Of a stretch of DNA of 64,000 nucleotides, positions 51,301 to 63,300 are shown piece after piece. The DNA lies in assembly GCA_030830065.1 (NCBI GenBank), contig JAURNR010000015.1:10135-74134 (forward strand), given 5' to 3'. A program made the translations under genes and the position numbers. Under the pieces are notes generated by a model, which worked only from the letters and a program-made list of their open reading frames with translations, ran no database searches and was not told the origin of the DNA. Origin of the DNA: Bacteroidota bacterium. GTDB lineage: Bacteria > Bacteroidota > Bacteroidia > NS11-12g > UBA955. The first letter of the stretch is position 1. Each line of letters begins with the position of its first letter.

Positions 51301-54300
51301 AGATGCTGAATTACCGAAATCCCATGTCATAGATTTTATTCCTGAACCACTAACTGGTGCAGAACCGGTAGAATAAAAATCAAATGAATTTCCCTCTAAA
51401 CATTGAGATGCATTTGACCCTAATGCTAAAACATTTGCTTTTGGATTTTCTAAAACATTTAATTTAGATTGGAATGTATCCGTACAACCCGTCAATGAAT
51501 CAGTAATTGTTAGGGTAACAAATTTTAAACCAGGGTTAGTATATCTTACCTTTTTCGGAGCTGCTGATGTAGAATCATTTGTTACTGAACCAGCGCCAAA
51601 CGACCATAAATATTTTGAAATTGATGACCCTGATGATGGGGTTGAATTAGCAGACGAAAAATCAAATTCATTTGATTGTAGACATTGACTAATTGATGGC
51701 GTTGTCCACTTAGCAATTGGATTACTTAACACGACGAGGTTTTTACTAGTCGTATCGTAACAGCCATAATTATTCTTAATTATTAATTGTACCGAGTATA
51801 ACCCACTAGAATCATATGATACCAAATTATTCGCAGTACTTGAAGTAGAAGGGTTAGAATTACTTCCTGATAAATCAAAATCCCATGTTTGGCTGGTAAT
51901 ACTTGAATTTGAACCAGCCGTTGAAGAGGAAGAAGTTAAATTGAAGCTATTGTTTTGTAAACAAACTGTATCTTTTGATGAGTTATATAAGCTAATTACT
52001 GCAGTAGGAATATCTCTAACATCAATGGTATTATTAAACGTATCCAAACAACCATTGGAATCAGTAACAATTAATCTAATCGACTTATTCCCTATTGAGT
52101 TATACTTAACAGAATTTATTGAAGTTAATGAACTACCCGAGGTATTTCCTTGAGTACTACTTGCATCAAACTTCCAGTCGTATTTAACAATATTTGAACC
52201 AGCAGCAGCATTTGAAGTATCGTTAAAGTCAAATGATTGATTATTTAAGCATTGTTCGTCATTATTTACTACCCATTTAGCAACTGGATGCTCTTTAACA
52301 GTCACAGACTCATTTGTGGTATCATAACATCCATTTGCATCTTTGATAATAAGTTGCAGGTTTTTTGATCCCGTATTTGAATATTTAAAAGTACTTACTG
52401 AAACTCCAGAGGTATTTACTGTACTTGACAATCCATTACCTAGTAGCCATGAGTACATGGTTATACTACTTCCAGTTTTGGAAGGAAGAGAGTTTGAGGC
52501 AGTGACTCCAAAATTATTACCTCTCAAACACTGCTCTGACTGTTTAGTTAATTGAATGTCAGCAGTTGGATGGGCCTTTATATAAGTATAATAATAAGCA
52601 GTATCTGAACATGTATTATTATCATTTATAATCAGCTGTATAATCTTTTTCCCAACACTACTATAACTAACTGTTTGGCTTGTAGATTGAGATGTTGTTG
52701 GGTTTGACTGACTTCCAAAATTCCAACTTATTGAACTTATATTTGAGCTACTAGCAGAACTTGAATTAGAGGCAGTAAATGTAAATGCATTTCCTCTCAA
52801 ACATGAACTATCCGGTGATGATGAATTAATTACCGCGATAGGATTTTCCTTTATGAGTATGCTGATTGTTGTATCATCAAAACAACCATTAGTATCTTTT
52901 ACTGTAAGTTTTATACTTTTAGATCCAGCATTAGCGCCAGTATATTTTACAGAAGTTTGCTTTGGACTATTTGAACCAGATGGATTTGACCCTGTTCCAA
53001 AATCCCAAATATATCTCGAAATGTTTGACCCAGTGGCTGGTGTTGATGAAGTACCACTGAAGTTGAAAGAGTTATTATTGAGACATTGAGTATCTGCATT
53101 TAAAACTGATATTAAAGCTATTGGATTTGCATCAACCTTTATTTGTGATGTAATTGAATCTTGACAACCGTAGTTGTTGGTAATTACTAGTTTAACTTTA
53201 AATATACCTACACTGTCGTAACTAACATCATTGATTGAACTAGTGTTATTGGCAGTATAATTTGCGTAGTATTCATTATTATTTACGTCAAATGACCATT
53301 TGTATTTTACCAAACTAGAATTTGTACCTGCCGTAGATGTTGAACTAAAATCAAAACTATTCGCATCAAAACAATCTATGCTGTCGGGAATAGAAATCCC
53401 TGCTGTAGGCATATTTCTTATAACAACATCTATGAAATTAGTATCACTACATCCGTTCGAATCAATTACAATTAATCGATTGCTTTTTGTTCCTGTTGAC
53501 TGATAGGAAATACCATTAACTTGTTTGCTAGTTGAAGATGTTTGTGAAGCTGAATTATCAAACGACCAGATGTAATTTGATAACCCAGAGTTCACTACAG
53601 AAGTTGAAGAATCTGCGTAAAAATTGAAGGAATTATTATTGAAACACTGATCATTAGTATTAACTCCTGCGATGGCATCTGGATGATCTAATACATTTAC
53701 ATTTGTCGATATTGTATCGTTACAACCATTTTTATCATGTACAATCATAGTAATAACTCTCGATCCAATGCTTGCGTAAGTTATATTTGACTGACTATTG
53801 CTTGTGTTTGCTGTTTGTTGCACTCCAGTGCCTAATTTCCATGTATATTTATCAATAGTGCTATTAGCAACTGCTTTTGAGGTAGATCCAGAGAAATTAA
53901 AACTATGACCTCTAAAACATTGGTTAGCATTATTTATGGTTAACAAGGCTTGAGGGTGTTCATTGATTGTAATTAACGTATTCGCAGTATCAAGACAACC
54001 ATTAACATCGGAAACTATAAGTTGGATATTCTTATTACCAGCTGTAGTATATTTTATTGATTTAGGATTACTCGAACTTGCCAAACTACTTGAAATCGTT
54101 GTACCCACTGACCACTGATAGTTAGAAATTCCTAATCCACTATTTGACACGGAATTCCTACCATCAAAATCCCAATCATTCCCAAGTAAACAACTCGTAT
54201 CGTTAGTAATACTAGAAATAAGAGCAGTAGGATTTGCAAGCACCCAAATTTTAGAAGTAAAGGTGTCGAAACATCCATTGTTGTCTTCTACAATTAGGCT

Positions 54301-57300
54301 AACTGTTTTTTGACCTGCCGTAGCGTATTTAATATTAACTGGATTAGCACTATTCGTTTGACTATTAGTCAAAGCGCCACCAAAATTCCAAGTAAATGAT
54401 TTAAATGATGTTACTGCCGTTGCAGTGGATGAGTTAAAATTAAAATTATTTCCTGTTAAACATTGAGTATCATTGTTTACAACCCATTTCGCTGACGGAT
54501 TTTCTAAAATTTCTACTTGGGCCGTGGTAGTATCAGAGCAGCCAAATGTATCATTTATCACTAAGGAAATAGTTTTATTTCCGTAACTCGAGAATGTTAC
54601 ATTTAATACTGTATCTGAAGTTGAACTACTGGTATTTGAAGTAGATCCAAAATCCCATTGGTAACCATTAACTATTTGTCCGCTTCCTGCAGTTGAATTT
54701 CCTGCGTAAAAATCAAACGAATGACCTTTATAACAATCAACCGTATTAGATTTGGTAATTATCGCTGATGGGTTTTCAATAACTTGAACTGTTTTAACCA
54801 ACGTATCTTCACAACCATTATTATCTTCAACTATCAGCCTTACAGATTTACTTCCATAAGTTGAATAAGAAATAATTCCCGAACTACTATTTGTTGTTAC
54901 TTTAGATGTAGGATTTGATCCATTCCCAAATTTCCAATCATAGTTTGAAATTCCTGATCCACTAACAGAAGAGCTACTACTTGCATTAAAGTTAAACGAA
55001 TTACCACTCAAACATTGAATTGAAGAAGGTATACTCCAGTTTGCCGTTGGGTGTGGTTTTATAAATACAGATGTTTCTGAAGTATCCGAACAACCGTTAT
55101 TATCTGTAATGATTAATCTTGCAGTTTTAAGTCCAATATTAGTATAATTTACATTAATTGAATTTGAAGTTGAACTTGAAGTTGAAGGGCTCGCAGTATT
55201 AGGGTTGTTGTTTAAATCAAATGACCAATTATAACTAGAAATACTTGAACCTGAAACAGCATTAGTACCATTTGAAAGATAAGCAACTGAGTTACCTCTT
55301 AAACACTGAGTATCTTGTAACGCACTTGTGGTTAAATTTGCGTTAGGATGAGGCCTTACGTTAATCGCAGATGTAAATGTATCACTACATCCGTTATCAT
55401 CCGATACAGTTAAGGTTATTGTTTTTTGCCCTACAGTAGAATATGAAACAGATTGAACCGATGAACCTGTTGCGCTAGATGGTGTTGCATTTTGACCAAA
55501 ATTCCAACCATACAACACAATGCTATTACCTGATACCCCTGTTGAACTTGCCTTACTAAATTCAAATTTATTACCTCTGAAACAATTCCATGAAGTATCA
55601 ACTGTCCATATGGCCTTTGGTAGACCTAATACCTTCACTTGTTTTGCGACAGTATCGTAACACCCATTTGAATCAGTAACAATTAATCTTATATCTTTTA
55701 TTCCCGTATCAGAGAAAATTATATTAGTTGGATTTTTTGCAGAAGAAATAGATTGACTTACAGTAGAATCAAATGTCCAAGAATAAATAGATATACCAGA
55801 AGAACTTGGAGTTGAAATTTGAGAAGTAAAATTATATGAATTTGAATCTAAACATTGATTAACTCTGTTGATACTGTAATTGGCAATTGGGTCAGACCAT
55901 ACTTCCACAGAACGAGAAACAGTATCCAAACATCCGTTAATATCTTGAATGATTAATGTTACATTCTTTGAACCAGCGCTGGAATAAGATTGGCTGGAAA
56001 CATTTGTATTGCTCGATGATGTAACTGATGCTGTATTATCAAAACTCCAAGAATAACTGATTAATGTAGAGCTGTCACCACCATAGGAATTTGTGCTGCT
56101 GAAATTGAAATTATTACCGTTAAAACACTGTGTAGAATCATTTACAGAGATAATAGCCGTAGGCATATTATAGACCTCAATTAATGACTTAAATGTATCT
56201 AAACATCCGTTTGAATCTAACACTGTTACATTAATATATTTCGTTCCGGCACTGGCAAAAGTTAGATTCACAACATTACCTGAATCTGTGTCATAACTAA
56301 TGCCACTTGCATCAATGTAGCTCCAAGAAACAGACTGTATTGCAGATGATCCAACTGGCTGCGATGCAGAAGAGTTTAAAGTGAACTGATTCCCAGTTAA
56401 GCATTGATTGGTATCGTTTGTAGTCCAAACGGCAAATGGTTTTGGACGAACTATTAGACTTTCAGTAGCAGTATCTCTACACCCATTAGCATCCGTAACA
56501 ACCAATTCTACAGATTTTAATCCTTGACTTGAATACTTTATACCTGTTGGATTTGCTGATGTTGAACTACTTGGACTACTAGTATTTCCAAACTGCCAAT
56601 TATAATCTGTGATTGTTGAATTAGTTGTAGATTGAGTTCCAGATGACGTAAAAGTATATGAATTACCCTGCAAACATTGGGAATCATTGGCAACCATGAA
56701 ATTCGCCGTTGGGTGACTCAATACCTCTACAAACGACGTAAAGGTGTCCTCACAGCCATTTTGATCAGTCACTGTGAGCGTCACATATTTCTTACCTGTA
56801 GAATTAAATCTCACACCACTCACCGAATCTGAAGTGGAAGATGTAATATTCGAGCCCAATCCAAAACTCCATGAATATGTGCTTACTGCTGCTCCATTTA
56901 CACCTTTAGATCCACGAGAACTAAAGTTAAAATCATGATTACGCAAACACAACGATTGACTATCTACCTGCCAGAATGCTTCTGGCTTTGGACTCAAATA
57001 AACCTTTTGTGTAGTAGTATCTGCACATCCATTTACATCAGAAACAATTAAACTTATAGTTTTCCAACCTGAATCTGAATATGTTACCGAACTTGGAGCC
57101 GAGGTTGTTGCGGATGCAGGTGAAGAATTTTGGCCAAAACTCCAGTTATAACCTTGCAAAGTAGAATTACCAGCTGATTTAGAAGAAGTACCAGAGAAAT
57201 TGAAACTATTACCTTGTAAACATTGACTTGTATTAGGCGCTACCGTGATTACGGCTCTCGGATTGTCTAGTATATAAATAGATTTGTTGAACGTGTCTAT

Positions 57301-60300
57301 ACAGCCTAAACTATCCTGAACTACCAAGATCACGTTCTGGTATCCTGTGTCCGTAAACTGTATATTGAAGATATCTTTTGTGGTATCTTGAGTTTTATTT
57401 GCGTTAGAAGGTAAAGACCAACTATAGCTCGTAATTTTTGATAATGAACTAGATGTAGAAGTAGAAACAAAATCAAAACTATTTTGGGTTATACATTGAA
57501 TGGTATCTGTAGTAGACCACTGAGCAACTGGATTCGCGAGGATATTAATTGTATCAGTGTATGTTCCAAAACATCCATTAATATCATACACATACGCTGT
57601 TATAAATTTATAACCGGCACTACTGTAGGTTATACCTTGGGGGTTAGTACCAGAAGAAGAATCTGGAGTGGCATTTGAACCAAAATTCCATGTTATTTTA
57701 CTAATAGTTGATCCGCTTACAGATTGAGAATTGATTGCATCAAAGTCAAAAGAGTTCCCTTGTAAACACTGCGTATAACTCGTAGATGTCCAAACGGCTG
57801 TTGGGCTTGGTTTCAACCTAATAGATTGATTTGAAGTATCCTTACAACCATTCCCATCAATAACAATAAGTCCAACAGTATCATACCCAAGACTGTCAAA
57901 CTTAATATTTGATACAGAACTCTGCGATGAGCCCGTAATGGACGAACCATTACGCTTCGCATTCTGACCAAAATCCCATGCATAACCAGTGATAGAATTA
58001 CTGGTTGCACCAACTGAATTCAAGCCGTTGAAGGTGTATAGTTGATTTTGGAAACATTGCTGTGCAGCATTTGTTGTGATTACAGAAGTTGGATGAGCAA
58101 AAACTTCCACTGTAGTTTCAAACGTATCTATACATCCATTGATATCTTCTACAGTAAGGGTAACTAATTTATTTCCTGTAGTGTTGTAGGTTACCCCATA
58201 CATAGTATCCAATGTTTGCCCGGTAGTATCAGAAATATCTGAACCATTACCAAAACTCCAACTGTAAGAATTAATGGAAGAATTTGTTACAGCTTTGGAT
58301 CCCTTTGCTTGAAAATTAAATACATTTGATCTTAAACACTGGGAAATACTGTCAATGTTAAGTTGAGCAAATGGTTTCGGATTTATCCAAACAGTGTCTT
58401 TTAAGGTATCCTTACAGCCATGTAAATCAGTAATAATTAAAGTTGCTATTTTACGGCCATTTGATTGGTAAACAACTGAGTCTGGATTACTTGAATTAAA
58501 GGTAACTGGAGTAACATCGGTTGAATTAACATTTCCGTCGAGCATCCAGTAATAAGAGGTTACCGCACTTGAACCAGTTTTTGGAGTACTATTACCTGCA
58601 TCAAAGTTGAAAATATTTCCTTGTAAACATTGGGAGTCATTGGTGTTTAAATCAATGATTGCAGTAGGATGTCCCCATACATTTAATGAAATAGAATTTG
58701 TGTCTTTACACCCGTTTAAATCTTGATAAACTAAGGTTAGCGTTTTAGATCCAACCTGACCGTAACTAACAGAAGGTTTTAATACAGTTGAGGTATTTTT
58801 ATCCGCACTTGTATTTATACTATCAAAATACCACGTATAATTAGAACTACTGCCAATAACCCAAGTAAAATTAGGATTTAAATTAAAGGAGTTGCCATTT
58901 AAACATAACTCATTAGTATCTAATGTAACATTAGCAGTAGGCATGGATTTAATCCTAACTACCCCAGAAATTGTATCTGTACATCCATTATCGGCATCAA
59001 TTGCTACTAACTCAAATGCCTTTTGTCCAGCACTTGAATATTTAACTGCTGGATTACTTGATGTGGAAGTATTAATATTTGAACCAGTTGAAGACTGATA
59101 AAAACTCCACTTTATGTTAGGATTATTAGTAGATCCAGTTGCTTTTGTTGAATTATCTGAAAATATGATTTGGTTATAAGCAAGACAGTTTGAACTACTA
59201 TCTATTGAATAAGAAGCAGTTGGTAACGGCAATACTTGGATAACCTTTTGAGCAGTATCCTTACATCCGTTTGAATCTGTGACTATTAATTGTATGGTTT
59301 TTCCTCCGGTAGTTGTGTAAGTAATTCCGGATAGCGAATCATTGGATGAGGTTTGGTTGTGTCCAACGCTCGAATTATAATCCTTATCCCATGAATAATT
59401 TCTTTGGTTAGTACTTGTTGAGACCCAATTAATGTTTGCGGTATAAGTAAATAAATTAGAGTTTAAACATGAGGAGTTTGCGTTAGACGCTATTGAGTTA
59501 ATTACAGGGTGATCTAAAACCTCAATACTTGTCCAAGATGTATCTTTACATCCATTTTGATCAGTAACAGCAAGTCCAATAGTTTTTGTTCCTGCAGTGG
59601 TGTAACTTATGGTTTTATTAGAAGCGGTATTAGCTCCTGTTCCCGTATAGGTTAGTCCATTTAATGAATCAATAAACCAGGTATATCCTGTGGAATTCAA
59701 GCTATTTGTACCTACACCTGAACTAGCATCACTCAATGTAAAGCTATTTCCTTTTAAGCACGATTTTAATGGGCTGGATGAAATATCTGCCGTTGGAATA
59801 TTTTTAACTGTTAATGTAAAAGTAGAATCGTCTACACATCCGTTTAAATCTTTAACCCATATTTTCCCTGTGTATGTACCTGCACTTGAATAATTAACCG
59901 TTGCTTTTGTATTTGAATTGGTTAGTTGAACATTATTGGCTGAAGAAAAAGTCCAATTATGACTACTCACTGATGTGGACGTTAAATCAACTACAAAGTT
60001 TTGATTATTTAAACATTGGGAGTTGTTATTTACACTTATTGATGCAGTGGGTAACCCATGCACACGAACTTGTATGTTGGAACTACCAAAGCAACCGTTA
60101 GCATCAGTATATTTATAGTAGATGGTTTTCAAGCCCGGGGTTGAATAACTTACCGATGGATTTGAACTACTCGAAGTTACAGGAGTCGCCGAACTACTTC
60201 CGGATGTTACGCTGTCCAACACCCAATAATGAGATCCTCCACCACTTACCCAATTGACACTTGAAGAGAAAATAAAGTTATTCTGCTTCAACCCTAAAGA

Positions 60301-63300
60301 ATCAATACATTGGCTACTTAAATTAGACGAAACTGAGTTTAATGTAGGTTGACCCAAAATTCTAACAAATCCAATCGCTGTATCAGTACAACCATTAGCA
60401 TCCGTAGTAGTAATTTTTACTCTCTTGCTTCCAGTAGTTGAATAGCTGACCGTATCTCTTGTTTTTGAAGATGATGATTTGTTTGCACCGGTTGTAGAAC
60501 TATAGAAATTCCATTGATGAGTCAAGCTTCCCGATACTCCAGTTCCGTTACTAGAGGTTGCTAAAACGTCAATTTCATTGTTTGTAACACAATTTAAACT
60601 AGAATCAATAGTAAAAGAGGCATTCGGTGAATTTGTGACTGTAACGTTTAATAAGGCTGTGTCTTTACAACCATTATTAGATGTGGCAATCACACCAATA
60701 GATTTTACACCAGAACTGCTAAATGAAATATTTGATGGATTTGCAATTGTACTTGTATTGGTTCCATTATTCCAACTAAAATCCCAATAATATGAATTTG
60801 TATTGGTGGCATTAGATGAAAAACTAAAGTTGTTACCATTCAAACATTGTGAAGCACTGCTCGTGACACTCGCGGTAATTGACGGATTAGATAATATTAC
60901 AATCTTTTTCCAAACTGTATCCTTACATCCATTACTGCTTGTGGAAACCAATCCAACAATATAATCTCCGGCGTTTGAATATGAATAATTATATGGTCCA
61001 GCACCAGTTCCAGTTAAAGTATCATTATTTAAGGAATCAATAATCCATTTGTATCCCGATGAATTTAATCCGGCATTAGATACACTAGTGGCAGTAAATG
61101 TGAAAGTATTACCAGATAAACATTGAGTATCGTTTTGACTCAAAGCAAAATCTGAATTAGGACTCTCTTTTAAAGTAATACTAATTGTTGAATCATCCTT
61201 ACAACCCTTACTATCGGTTATTGTTAGTTTTAAACTGTAAGTTCCAGCATTTGGATAATTGACTGAAACGGTATTAGAAGTAGAATTTGGTGATATAGTT
61301 GCACTACTTGAGGTGGTCCAATTATAACTGCTTATTGGTCCAGAACCAGAAGCAGTGGTACTATTCGATGCATTAAAACTAAATGATTGCTGATTAAAGC
61401 ATTGATTAACACCATTTGATGAATTAATAACTGCCGTTGGATTGTCAAAAACTTTTACCTGAATATTTTGCGTATCACTACATCCATTTAGATCAGTAAA
61501 TATGTAATAAATCTGTTTTGTTCCAGATGCAGTGTAAACAATATTTGTTGGATTTGCACTTGTGCTGTATGGTGTACTAGTAGTTTTTGTCGAATTAGAA
61601 CTATCTAAATACCAAAAATGATTATTACTTCCATCGACCCAAACTATATATGGCTGAAATGAAAATTTATTTAGATCCAAACATTGTTCATTACTCGAAG
61701 TAATTTTCACACTATCAAAAACAGGTATATCTCGAATTACCACTGAAACATCTGCAGTGTCAGAACATCCTGATTCTGTTACAACAAGTCTTGCTGTCTT
61801 TCTACCAGAACTTGAATATGTATTAGTTACTGAAGAATTGTTACTTGAACTTACAGAAGCACCTTGAGAAGATCCAAAGTCCCAATTCGTTGTTAACCCT
61901 GTACTACCTCCTGATGAGTTAGTGGAATTACTAGTAAATATAATTGAGTTATTATTTACACATTGATTGGACGAATCTATAGTATAAGATATTGATGGTA
62001 TAGGCTTAATAATTACATTAGTTTGGCTTGTATCTTTACAACCGTTAGAATCGGTAACAATCAATTGCACTGTTTTTGTACCCGCCGTACTAAATTTTAT
62101 ATTATTTGGATTACTAGAGGTTGAACTTGACGGCGTAGCTCCGTTGAATTGCCAAGAATAACTACCAGCACTTGTTGATGCCCATGTAATTGAACTTGCT
62201 GAGAAACTTAAAGAATTTTGATTAACACAATAACTAGATGTTGATTGTGAAATTTGAGTAATATCCGGGTGAGATAAAACTGTTACTGAAGTCCAAGTTG
62301 TATCTACACAGCCATTGGCATCAGAAGTAATAAGCCCAATAATCTTATTCCCAGTGGCACCGTAGGTAACATTGTGTGGACCCGCCGATGTACTCGATAA
62401 TTTTGTACCATTTATTGAATCAATAATCCATGTATAACCTGATGTATTCAATGAATTCGAAGAAACACCCGTACTGTTCGCTTCTAAACTGAAGCTATTC
62501 CCTTTCAAACACTGCTCATCGCTTTGAATATTCTGAATGATGGAAACTGGATTTCCTAAAATTTGTATTGTTGTTAACGTATCGTGGAAACACCCGCGTG
62601 CATCAGTCACTCGAAGCTTAACAGTGTGTGACTGTATTTTATTAAAACTAACTTTTGTGTTATTGTTTATAAGTGAGGGCGTAACAAAATTTGTATCACT
62701 ACCAAAATCCCATAAATAGTTTGTAATTGAATTACCCGAACCCGAAGTAGTACTGTTAGAGCTAAAATTGAATAACTGATTATTGAAACACTGGGTGTCA
62801 TTTTCTACTAATCCAATAATTGCTACAGGGTTATTGTAGATGTTTACCGTTGTGACTACTGAATCTGTACATCCATTTTGGTCTTGGGCAATAAGTAAAA
62901 CTGTTTTAGATCCGGAACTATTATATTTAATCCCAGTAGGATTAGCTAAACTAGAATAACGCGGATTTGAAGTAATTGGGTTATTTAATGAATCAAAAGA
63001 CCACCTATATGTGCTTGCGGAGTTTGCCCATGAAATTGTTGGTGTAAAATTAAATGAAGTGGTATTTGTTCCTGTTCCCAGACATTGAGAAGTATCATTT
63101 ATAGTTATCCCAGAAATAACTGGGTTGTTCTTTATTCGTAATTGTCCACGAAGTGTATCGGTACAGGAATTTGAATCTTGAATTATTAAACGATATGATT
63201 TGATTCCAAAGCTTGAATAAGAAACTGAAACAGAATCTGCGTTACTAATTGATGGATTAGCACCATATTGGTTGTTAGAGGTGGTATCAAAGTTCCACTG